This document shows, one piece after another, positions 1 through 8,223 of a stretch of DNA of 64,000 nucleotides. The notes beneath the pieces are model-generated. The model did no database searches, was not told the DNA's origin, and worked only from the letters and a program-made list of their open reading frames with translations. The stretch spans positions 19,139 through 83,138 of the forward strand of contig JANPNA010000231.1 of the NCBI GenBank assembly GCA_031427235.1. The letters run 5' to 3'. The translations under genes and the position numbers were made by a program. This DNA is from Pirellula sp. (GTDB taxonomy: Bacteria; Planctomycetota; Planctomycetia; Pirellulales; Pirellulaceae). The stretch's first letter is position 1. Each line of letters begins with the position of its first letter.

Positions 1-1511
1 TCGCATTTGGACCGGCTAGAGCCGATCCATGTCAACTCAATTGTCGCTAGCGTGCCAATTTCTTTTGCGAAAACAAGCACTTGAGCGTGGAAAGTTTCGC
101 CCTTTTTTGTAAAGTAAACCTTGGCAGGAGAAACATCGATGTCGTTTGCAACATACACAGTGTAAAGAATCGTTACGGAAACGACTTCGTTACCCGGTAA
201 CCCAACCACAAATTTTCCGTTTACTAACCCTGTTGGTGATTCTTGCCCAGCCACAAACGTTGCAAGCAAATTTTCTCCCGCCATCCTGGCTGTTGCGCTG
301 AAGAAACGACTTGCATCTGGTTTGTCCAATAAACTCTGAACAACAAGTTTTGAGAAATCGAAGGGTTCCAATTGAGTCAAATGAACCGATGTCTCTCGGC
401 TCTCTCCGCATTTCAGCTCGATTCCATTTATTGTTTCTGGTTCGGTTTTTAAGCTTGCCACAACACTCCAACTTACATCGATCGAAACTTGCTCGTTGTT
501 GTCGGTCAAAAAAACTGCCTTGGACTGCTTCACTCCGATTGTCTTGCACTCGAGCATTAAAGTGCATTCAATCGAAGACTGCGGATCGATCGTAAGACTT
601 GAAAACTTGGCAAACAGGCAACCACAAGAGAAACGCGTATCTTTGATGGCGATTGGCCTGGTTTCGGAGTTGTGAATTTTGACAGAAACCAAAAAAGGGG
701 ATACCGATCGGCGAAGTGTGCCCGCGTTGCACACCGTTTTGTCGACCCACAACCCAGACGAAACGGGAGGAAGACCCTGCGAGGCACTTTTCGTTATCGC
801 GTCGTTTTGAGCGATCGAACCTCGACTGTTTTCTTGTTTTGAACTGCAACCAATTTGAATGCTCAAAGCGGCAAGAAAACAAGCGTTAGTAAACCACTCA
901 ATTTTGAAAAAACGAGATAACCAAACCAGTCCAACCAAACATGAAGCGATCAAGACAGAAATACCCAAGTAAACAACCCAGGAGAAAGAGCCTCCCATGT
1001 TAGGCAAAGACAAGTCGATGGGACTCTTGGAAATGATTAATACGTTGCCTGTCCAAAGTGAAAAAATTTCGTGCGACATTTGTGAAGGCACCCCTAGGGA
1101 CGCATCAAAAATAGTTGTTGTCGTAGGCGTGATTCCCTCGCAAATTACGTAGTGGCCGTGCTCCGTACCCCTTTTCAAATGAAGAATAACACTGCAAGAG
1201 TTGGCAAATCGCGATAAATTTTCCTTCTCAATCTTCGCGCTTTCAGCAAACAATCCATGCTTGCGGGCAGAGTCACTCAATTGCCGAAATGAGTAACCAC
1301 CACCCGAGGCCGGGCCCAATTCCTCTACAAGGGACTTATATGTGCTCGGCGCTTTGCCATACCCTCTCATGACTACATATAGACACTTCGCGCCGCAAAG
1401 TCGGTCGTTTTTCCGGGCGATTCCATCACTGATTGATTGTGCAATCAATGGTTCACCGAAAAACAGGATCGTGATGAAGAAGGCGTGAAGGATGAACAAT
1501 GGACTACTCAA
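1..1511 (-). CDS. Exported C39-like cysteine peptidase - TM - DUF1573 fusion protein (3' end runs off window; not in supplied ORF track)
   Basis: Manual translation from TTG at 1511, which overlaps the upstream TGA, is open to base 1. It shows a hydrophobic N-terminus (MSSPLFILHAFFITILFFGEPLIAQ), C39-type residues DRLCGAKCLY / HGHYVIC / IFDAS, a hydrophobic segment, then DUF1573-like 'VKIHNSETRPIAIKDTRFSCGC'. Confidence 0.8.
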   Translation of the reverse strand, partial: MSSPLFILHAFFITILFFGEPLIAQSISDGIARKNDRLCGAKCLYVVMRGYGKAPSTYKSLVEELGPASGGGYSFRQLSDSARKHGLFAESAKIEKENLSRFANSCSVILHLKRGTEHGHYVICEGITPTTTTIFDASLGVPSQMSHEIFSLWTGNVLIISKSPIDLSLPNMGGSFSWVVYLGISVLIASCLVGLVWLSRFFKIEWFTNACFLAALSIQIGCSSKQENSRGSIAQNDAITKSASQGLPPVSSGLWVDKTVCNAGTLRRSVSPFLVSVKIHNSETRPIAIKDTRFSCGCLFAKFSSLTIDPQSSIECTLMLECKTIGVKQSKAVFLTDNNEQVSIDVSWSVVASLKTEPETINGIELKCGESRETSVHLTQLEPFDFSKLVVQSLLDKPDASRFFSATARMAGENLLATFVAGQESPTGLVNGKFVVGLPGNEVVSVTILYTVYVANDIDVSPAKVYFTKKGETFHAQVLVFAKEIGTLATIELTWIGSSRSKC

Positions 1512-2494
1512 AATCCCTCCTTTTGGCGTTTGAGTAAAGCGAGTTTCCTCAATTGGAACTCAGCTTTTCCGTCCCCACCTCCTTTGAAGTGTTGAGAGAC
1601 TTCGTTGTTCTTTTCGTCGAAGTGAGTAATTTCGGTGGCAAAAGGAATAAGGGTTTCAAGATCGTCGAAACGACTTCTACATTTACTTGCGTCGAAGCTG
1701 ATTTCGTCGATAGTCCATTCCGCAAGAGGTTGCCCACCAGCCGTCTGCTTTCCGTGCTTTGCGTACCAATTTCCATCTTGCTTTTCCCATACCATCGTTC
1801 CAGCTAGTTTCCCTTGGAAACCATCGCCGAAATACTCGGTAACCAGATAATCGCATTTTTCATCCACGACTATGTATCGATCGCGAATTCCTACACGTTC
1901 ATTTCCACCAGGTAACTGATTTCCAAGATTTTTTTGACTCAGCTTCCATCGACCCTCCGAGAGTTTCTCGACCTTGGTTTCGTAACTCTTGGGTTCAGCT
2001 ATCTTCCGAAAAACCTGAGTCGTGTTGAGGCCCATGTGTAACCAGTACTTTGGCACAAGTGGGCAGTCTACGAACTTAGCAGGAGCACGTCGAACAGTGC
2101 GTATGTACAGGGCGAGATTGTACGGGTCAAAACTATAGAATTTCTTTCCATCGAATTCCATGGTAACAAGAAAACCTGTCGTCCCCATCACCTCGTGGCT
2201 GGCGGTTAGTCTTTTCCTTTCCTTTGCATCGGCGGTTGCAACGATATCCAACTCCATCCACATTTTTTCACCTCGGAATTGCAAATGTGTCAGGCCCCGG
2301 GTTTCGCCTTGAAAGGCCGTTTTGCCTTTTATAATTGCAGCCGGATAATTATCGATTTTTTCCAAACTAGCCACGATTTTTTTCATGAGCTGATCATTGT
2401 CTTGACCATGCACGAACTTAGCCGCTGCAACGACAAAGCAGACGCTTAACAACAAAGAAAAAACAGGATGACTGCGCATGTTGATCTGCTCCAT
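1508..2494 (-). CDS. Secreted hypothetical protein (beta-rich, possibly LolA/MucB-like sorting fold)
   Basis: 328-aa ORF with an N-terminal signal peptide, tightly coupled to both neighbours. The fold guess is inference only. Confidence 0.7.
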   Translation of the reverse strand: MEQINMRSHPVFSLLLSVCFVVAAAKFVHGQDNDQLMKKIVASLEKIDNYPAAIIKGKTAFQGETRGLTHLQFRGEKMWMELDIVATADAKERKRLTASHEVMGTTGFLVTMEFDGKKFYSFDPYNLALYIRTVRRAPAKFVDCPLVPKYWLHMGLNTTQVFRKIAEPKSYETKVEKLSEGRWKLSQKNLGNQLPGGNERVGIRDRYIVVDEKCDYLVTEYFGDGFQGKLAGTMVWEKQDGNWYAKHGKQTAGGQPLAEWTIDEISFDASKCRSRFDDLETLIPFATEITHFDEKNNEVSQHFKGGGDGKAEFQLRKLALLKRQKEGF

Positions 2495-2965
2495 CTAAAA
2501 GACAAGCTCAATGCCAGGACCACTTACACATGTTTCTGAACCAACGGGGTCTCTAGTAAAACCCGCACCAACTACTGTTTGGCAGGAGCCGACTCCTTCT
2601 TCATCGAGTTCCCAAAAGCAAGCACCAGGACCCATGTCAGCACATTTCGGTGGAATAAATCCAATGAGGAAGCCGAATTCGGTCGAAATACAAACACTAA
2701 ACCAAGCAGGTTCTGAGCAACCTCGATCAGGCGCACCCGGCACTGGGGTAATCACGAACCCACTACAATTCTCATTTGAACACGTATTTTCCTTGCACTG
2801 GTTGGCTACACCACATTTCGTAAACAACGCGACCGATACTAAGCCTGCCCCGACGATCTTTGAGCTCTCGCTATCAGAATGCACCCTTATTGTCGACCGT
2901 TGCGGAAGCGAAAACGTTGTCACGAGAACTAAGAGAATGCAGGTAAGTATGAACGATTTCATCAT
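2495..2965 (-). CDS. Secreted Cys-rich precursor protein with a double-glycine-like leader motif
   Basis: Start chosen at MMKSFIL. Signal peptide, then HSDSESSKIVGA, then a core with 10 Cys. Confidence 0.7.
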   Translation of the reverse strand: MMKSFILTCILLVLVTTFSLPQRSTIRVHSDSESSKIVGAGLVSVALFTKCGVANQCKENTCSNENCSGFVITPVPGAPDRGCSEPAWFSVCISTEFGFLIGFIPPKCADMGPGACFWELDEEGVGSCQTVVGAGFTRDPVGSETCVSGPGIELVF

Positions 2966-3045
2966 TTCACCTCGATTTATTAAAACGTGATCTAAAGGAT
3001 CCATCCAGGTGGCTTGAACAGACCCAACATTGGTAGAAGCACTTT

Positions 3046-3921
3046 TCAGACAAAGAATGCGTCAAATCTTTTCGGGATTTTGAAACTTAAATCTAATCGT
3101 ACTCTCGCTGCACTCTCTTTGGAAATTCCCGGATCGAGCAAACTGCAAATTGAGTACTGCGGACGAGTGCCTCGGATTGGAATTGACGTTACGAAAGAGC
3201 CTTTTGCGTTCCAAGGTCCTCGACAGTTCTCACCCTTCGTCTGATAATGTTTTCTTGCCTCTTGCCTCTTGCCTCTTGCACAGTAAAAGCTTGATTCGCT
3301 CCATGATTGAAGTTCTTTCCTGACTTGTACGATAAGCCGCTCAGTCGTTCGCTTTTCCCAATTCAATTTGGCAGCAATCTCGATTGCAGAGAACCCTAGA
3401 ATCATCAATCGGTAAACCGCCCGAAGAATCGGGTCGCTCAATCGCGATTCAAATTCATCGACCAATTCCTCTAACGCGAGTGAATCGCCTGGCTGTCCGC
3501 CCGGCTTTGGATCCGTTATTGAATCCGCAAATTTCAATTGAATGATTCGACCTCCATAGTCTTGAGATCGGTCTGGATGACGACATAGTCTGTGGCTATC
3601 TCGAATGGCGTTGACGACGCCGGATCTAGCCATTTTTTTTAATAACGGTATGACGTGCTCAGCAGCGACGAAATTTCGATATTGACCAATCAAGTAGCGA
3701 TCTAAAAAATCGTAGGCAACATCATTTGCCAAAAGATGAATGTCGATCTCTATTTCCGACCTGCGCGAAAGAAGCCTGGAAATATACCTCACCTCCATTC
3801 GAAAGATCGAATCCGTTAGCCGATCTAGGGCTTCGTTTTGCACTGCAGGTAAAGTCTGCAAATTGATGTACGCTCGAATGCAATCGACAATCGCGTCTTC
3901 CCCTACAGTCTGGCAATGCAT
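3046..3921 (-). CDS. ECF-type sigma factor (planctomycete Sigma70_ECF-like), with a probably spurious C-terminal extension
   Basis: Region-4-like HTH 'LSDPILRAVYRLMILGFSAIEIAAKLNWEKRTTERLIVQVRKEL' and region-2-like 'LLKKMARSGVVNAIRDSHRLCR'. Confidence 0.7.
   Translation of the reverse strand: MHCQTVGEDAIVDCIRAYINLQTLPAVQNEALDRLTDSIFRMEVRYISRLLSRRSEIEIDIHLLANDVAYDFLDRYLIGQYRNFVAAEHVIPLLKKMARSGVVNAIRDSHRLCRHPDRSQDYGGRIIQLKFADSITDPKPGGQPGDSLALEELVDEFESRLSDPILRAVYRLMILGFSAIEIAAKLNWEKRTTERLIVQVRKELQSWSESSFYCARGKRQEARKHYQTKGENCRGPWNAKGSFVTSIPIRGTRPQYSICSLLDPGISKESAARVRLDLSFKIPKRFDAFFV
3253..3279. repeat. Heptamer tandem repeat (TCTTGCC)x~4
   Basis: Direct reading of tcttgcc tcttgcc tcttgcc tcttgc. 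Confidence 0.85.
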
Positions 3922-4124
3922 CGGCGTACCTTGTTTATTGCATTATTTCTACGATTGGCACTTGTGCGAATTCAGAAAGTCCATACGTGCTTCCGTTGTA
4001 GAATAACTCAATGTCGATTGCAAGCGATTTCTTTTGCAATAGTTCTGCGGAACCAGTCGACTACCGTATCCATGAGCTTGCAGTGGGTTATTCGTTGGGC
4101 GATTTAAATTACGCAGTTCGCGAC

Positions 4125-4330
4125 TACCGGCGAGAAACTCCAAAATGTCACCTGGTTGGCAATCCAAAATACGACAGATCGCCTCGAGCGTGCTAAAACG
4201 CACGGCTTTCGCTTTGCCCGTTTTGAACACCGATAGATTTGAAAGCTGACCCCGACTGCAACAGACAGGTCATTAGCTTCATCTTTGGTTTTGCCAACTT
4301 CACATCCAATTTCACAACGATCGCAATGGC
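4125..4330 (-). pseudogene. Frameshifted XRE/HTH_26 (YozG-like) transcriptional regulator
   Basis: N-part 'AIVVKLDVKLAKPKMKL' and C-part 'KTGKAKAVRFSTLEAICRILDCQPGDILEF' lie in different frames, and there is no ATG at the expected start. Confidence 0.8.
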
Positions 4331-4850
4331 ATCCTCCAAGCGAATCAAATTGGGCGATTTGGGGGCGGGGGCGATTTGGGGTCCATCCATCCATTTATCG
4401 ATCGATCGATCGCCAAAATCGTTCCTGGTAAATATCGTCGAAAGTGGAAAACGAACCTGACGGAGATTTCGGATTCCCTAATTTCGCTCTTTACAATCGC
4501 TAAGCATCGAATCAGGCGACGAAGGCTCCCAGTCGACTTTCATAGGGGGAAGTTGGGGACACTCCACTTTGATCCTTCAGGGGGAGCGTAGCTTAGGACG
4601 CAAGTGGGACGAAATCGGCGGGTTTCGCTAATAGGACGCTTCGAAATTTGTTCTGGATACCGTCCAGCTATCGGTATCGGCTCTATGAGCGCAAACCTTC
4701 ACACAGTTGTTGATTGGGATTTTAAGGGACATCCTGGGGACACACATCATTTTCGGGGGGGTGGTTGAAATCCTCGCCGGGGTTTGCTTCAATTGTGTCA
4801 TCGGATTCATTCGGTTTTCGGCTTTAGGGATTTCATAAGCGAGTGCTACT

Positions 4851-5015
4851 ATGCCTAGACTCGCACGGGCTGAAGTTTTCAGCCCGGATATTGTGGCCAC
4901 AGTACATGTTATGGCTCGTGCTGTGCGACGTTGCTTCTTGCTTGGCACTTGGAACCGATTCTGTCACGGGCAAGAATTACGATCGCCGCAAAGTTTGGAT
5001 CGAACGCATTGGACA
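4851..5015 (+). pseudogene. N-terminal remnant of a REP-associated (HUH/Y1-type) transposase
   Basis: 'MPRLARAEVFSPDIVATVHVMARAVRRCFLLG' continues in another frame as 'TDSVTGKNYDRRKVWIE' and then truncates. Confidence 0.7.
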
Positions 5016-5099
5016 CTGCGACACGAACCAACCCGGTCGAAGCCAGTGTCGCCGAAGCTGTACTTGCGGCATCATTATCTGCCATCGCGACCTGGCGAA

Positions 5100-5165
5100 G
5101 GAACACAGAGGTTCTGTCTCGCCGTATATTTGGGGCTCTGTGCTTCTCCGTGTCTCCGTGGTTCA
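5100..5165. repeat. Palindromic ACACAGAG...CTCTGTG-TCTCCGTGGT element upstream of GxxExxY
   Basis: Same arm sequence as the units at 5586-5850. Confidence 0.75.
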
Positions 5166-5184
5166 AATAGTAAGGGTGGTTATT

Positions 5185-5556
5185 GTGGAACTTAATGAAA
5201 TTACGGGTCAAATCATCGATGCTTCCATCAAGGTTCATCGATGTTTGGGACCAGGTTTATTGGAATCGGCATATGAAGCTGTATTGGCATACGAATTACG
5301 CAAGCGGGGATTGCACGTCGACACCCAGCTTCCGCTGCCTGTCACCTATGAAGAAGTCAACTTGGAAGTTGGATATCGAATCGATCTTTTTGTCGAGCAC
5401 GATGTCATTGTAGAACTGAAAGCAGTCGAGAAAATGATTCCACTCTATGATGCGCAGCTCCTGACGTATTTGAAACTAAGGAAGAAAAAGATCGGGCTAC
5501 TCATCAACTTCAACGTCGTATTGCTTAAAGATGGAATCAAACGCTTGGCAAATTGA
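5185..5556 (+). CDS. GxxExxY protein (PD-(D/E)xK superfamily)
   Basis: GTG start at 5185. Motifs LGPGLLESAYE, YRIDLFVE..VIVELKAVE, AQLLTYLKL, GLLINFN. Confidence 0.93.
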   Translation: MELNEITGQIIDASIKVHRCLGPGLLESAYEAVLAYELRKRGLHVDTQLPLPVTYEEVNLEVGYRIDLFVEHDVIVELKAVEKMIPLYDAQLLTYLKLRKKKIGLLINFNVVLLKDGIKRLAN

Positions 5557-5585
5557 ATTCCTGGCTTCCGGATCGTGAAAATGAT

Positions 5586-5850
5586 TTCACCACAGAGGCA
5601 CAGAGAGTTTTACGATCGTCAAAGTTCGTTACCATTGGTTCTTTCCTCTGTGCTCCTCTGTGTCTCCGTGGTTCGCGTCGTTGATGGTAGGGATGCGGCT
5701 CATTCACCATTCACCACAGAGGCACAGAGAAACACAGAGAGTTTTACGATCGTCAAAGTTCGTTCCCATTGGTGCTTTCCTCTGTGCTCCTCTGTGTCTC
5801 CGTGGTTCGTGTCGTTGATTGTAGGGGTGCGGCTCATTCACCATTCACCA
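5586..5850. repeat. Two tandem ~125-140 bp units, each an imperfect inverted repeat (CACCACAGAGGCACAGAG...CTCTGTGTCTCCGTGGT)
   Basis: Unit 1 is 5586-5709 and unit 2 is 5710-5850, with near-identical spacers (gttttacgatcgtcaaagttcg). Confidence 0.9.
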
Positions 5851-5854
5851 ACCA

Positions 5855-6562
5855 CTATTTTAGATCAAGCAATTCATTGACATGCGCTACCAACAAGTCA
5901 CGTTCCGCTTGCTCCAACCAGACATAGGAACCAACCACCTCTCCCTCCGCATTGACCAGACAAAAGCGATCCGGATGGCCGCGTTTTTCGACCCCGCCTA
6001 AGAAGAATTTTTCAGCCCCAACCCGCATGATGTAATCCATCGGGCCGGTCAAGAACAACCACTTGTCCTTCATTGCTTGAAACTTGTCTGCGTATTCGGT
6101 TAATACTTCGGGCGTGTCAATTTCCGGATCGACCGTGATGCTCACAAACTTGATTGGCTTGTTTTTGAATTTGCTTTGCATCAATTGCATTTGATTGCTT
6201 TGACGCGTGCATGAGCCTGGGCAAGTCGAGAAAAAGAAACATGCGATGTAAGGCTCGCCTCTCAAGTCCTCGGACTTAATGGTTCGACCACTCCGTTCGG
6301 TCAGTTCGAAATCCTTTAGCCAGGCATCTTCCTTTTTGACCTGGGCAACCATCCGTTTGAGCTCGTTCCGCTTGCCCGGATCGGGGGGAGCTTTTCGCGA
6401 ACTCAATTCGTCGTCGTCACCTTGGCCGTGGCTAATTTGCGTTTCGCCGACGGCATCCCGGTTGGTCGATGTAAGCGATGGGCCACGAAACAAAAGAGCC
6501 GCGATCGTGCCTGCCATGACTCCCGCAAGGATTCCAAAAACACGTACTGCGTTGCGATTCAA
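5855..6562 (-). CDS. SCO1/SenC family copper chaperone
   Basis: FFFSTCPGSC (CxxxC), SITVDPEIDTPEVL, WLFLTG and a conserved His. The TTG start overlaps the upstream stop. Confidence 0.9.
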   Translation of the reverse strand: MNRNAVRVFGILAGVMAGTIAALLFRGPSLTSTNRDAVGETQISHGQGDDDELSSRKAPPDPGKRNELKRMVAQVKKEDAWLKDFELTERSGRTIKSEDLRGEPYIACFFFSTCPGSCTRQSNQMQLMQSKFKNKPIKFVSITVDPEIDTPEVLTEYADKFQAMKDKWLFLTGPMDYIMRVGAEKFFLGGVEKRGHPDRFCLVNAEGEVVGSYVWLEQAERDLLVAHVNELLDLK

Positions 6563-7389
6563 TTCAATTCCCCTGTTTGATTTCGTCGTACCACTATCGA
6601 AGCGGCAATGGAAGTAACGACTGCAAATGCGATGGTCACCGAGACACTTGTCGTCAAGGACGGTATCCAAAAGTGTTCATCGGAGGTCACACGCGACATG
6701 AGATGCCGCATTCCGGAGACCGCATACGTCATGGGATTGCAACGCATAATCCAGTGCATCGCGATTTGTCCTAACGGCTCCCCTCCGGCCAAAGCTGGTA
6801 TTGGAAAGAAGGAACCGCTCAGCAGCCACATTGGCATCAGTACCATGTTCATCAGTGCGTGAAAGCCTTGTGTGCTATCCATAGGCCAAGCGAAACAGAC
6901 ACCCAGGCTGGTCATGGCAATGGCAGCAACCAACATGAAGCCTACCAAAACAAGCAACTGTGGCCCAAGGCCAACCATACCGGTCGCTATCGCGATCAAG
7001 ACAAAAACGATGGCTTGTACCCACGCGATAGCCGAACCGCCCAAAATCTTGCCCATCGCGATCGTCCATCGAGGTGTTGGTGCTACCAAGACGCTCTGCA
7101 AAAACCCTTCCCGTCGGTCCTCGATAATGGAGATCGTTGCAAAGATGGCGGTGAATAAAAGTATCATGGCCGTGGTACCAGGCAAAAAATAGGTCATGAA
7201 ATCCCCAGCCTGACCTCCACCGCGAAAGGCGCTATGCATGCCGGTTCCGAACAGAATCCAAAACAAAATCGGCTGCCCCAACGCGGCAATCACACGAAAC
7301 GGCTGCCGAAAAAAACGGACCCATTCTCGATACGCAAGCATCCAAATGACCTGCGAAGCAACACTCTGCATTGGTGCGGGTGAATTCAT
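6559..7389 (-). CDS. ABC-2 type transporter permease
   Basis: Six hydrophobic segments; EDRREGFLQSVLVAP; LLSGSFFP; NPMTYAV. Confidence 0.92.
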   Translation of the reverse strand: MNSPAPMQSVASQVIWMLAYREWVRFFRQPFRVIAALGQPILFWILFGTGMHSAFRGGGQAGDFMTYFLPGTTAMILLFTAIFATISIIEDRREGFLQSVLVAPTPRWTIAMGKILGGSAIAWVQAIVFVLIAIATGMVGLGPQLLVLVGFMLVAAIAMTSLGVCFAWPMDSTQGFHALMNMVLMPMWLLSGSFFPIPALAGGEPLGQIAMHWIMRCNPMTYAVSGMRHLMSRVTSDEHFWIPSLTTSVSVTIAFAVVTSIAASIVVRRNQTGELN

Positions 7390-7419
7390 AATGATTCAGC
7401 TACTCGGTTTTACATCGGT

Positions 7420-7457
7420 TCTGAGCGAGGGCCTCGCACAGCTACAGCGTTGGTAAC
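7420..7457. repeat. Short palindromic element (CTGAGCGAGGGCCTCGC..ACAGCG)
   Basis: Similar hairpins occur at 21710-21810. Confidence 0.5.
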
Positions 7458-7578
7458 CTCGTGCCTTGTGACAACTTCATTCTAGGGTAGTCGATCTTGT
7501 TAAAGATCCGGCAGGATTCGGATCTTTAACAAGATCCACTACCGCCAACCCTAACTCTTAGTTGTAACAAAGCACTAG
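7458..7578. repeat. MITE/REPIN-like element family A (GTAGTGGATCTTGTTAAAGATCC...GGATCTTTAACAAGATCCACTAC)
   Basis: Long nested inverted repeat with further copies at 12289-12381 and 53005-53101. Confidence 0.9.
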
Positions 7579-7598
7579 CTTGACCAGCAATAGAAGCA

Positions 7599-8093
7599 CT
7601 ACACGGTTCCGTCCAACAAGTCCCCTTCGGTGATCATTCGGAAGCCTTTGAGGGCGAGCGTTTCAAGCGCTTGCTCGGTATTGTCGACCATGATCGCTAC
7701 TGCTGGCTCGCCGTTTGGACGGAACAGTAGCGGATAAGCTTGTATAATATTGATTTCAGCTTGAAGCAACGCAGTGCATATTTGCAAAAGGGGTTGCGAG
7801 CTTTTGGGCAGCTCGACTCCGATCAGATCGCTTTCAATGATGGCCAGTCCCGCTCGCTCCAAGATCTCACGACCGCGTTCTGCATGACTAAGCAAGAATC
7901 GAACGAACGCGCACTCAGCGGAATCATTGATCGAAAGTGCTACGATACGGATCCCTGTACCTTCGAAGCGACGCACCACTTCAAGCAACTGGCCGACTCG
8001 ATTTTCTAAGAAAACCGTAAATTGGCGAATGGTTGGGTAGTTGCGACCATGAATGGTCTCAAAAGACGTGGAGGATCCCTCTCCAGTACTCAT
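7599..8093 (-). CDS. Tandem ACT-domain protein
   Basis: RQFTVFLENRVGQL..., INIIQAYP; two ACT-like repeats. Confidence 0.85.
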   Translation of the reverse strand: MSTGEGSSTSFETIHGRNYPTIRQFTVFLENRVGQLLEVVRRFEGTGIRIVALSINDSAECAFVRFLLSHAERGREILERAGLAIIESDLIGVELPKSSQPLLQICTALLQAEINIIQAYPLLFRPNGEPAVAIMVDNTEQALETLALKGFRMITEGDLLDGTV

Positions 8094-8223
8094 GCTTCTG
8101 ATCTTTCTAAAAACGGAGTGGTTGCGATGGTGCTACCAGGGCCTAGTGTACCAGAAAGACCGCAGTCTGCCAAAAGGTGCCACTTTTAGGCGAGATGCAG
8201 ATCCTAACCTACGACTGCTCGCC

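Noticed and set aside
190-882. Short ORFs listed in the track for this interval
   Set aside because: They are off-frame shadows of the long minus-strand ORF 1-1511.
4843-5184. N-terminal extension making GxxExxY 237 aa
   Set aside because: The extension consists of transposase remnant and repeat sequence. The family-length protein starts at GTG 5185.
5586-5850. Possible CRISPR array beside a Cas4-like nuclease, or the 101-aa ORF 5575-5880
   Set aside because: There are only two units and their spacers are duplicated. The ORF is simply the translated repeat.
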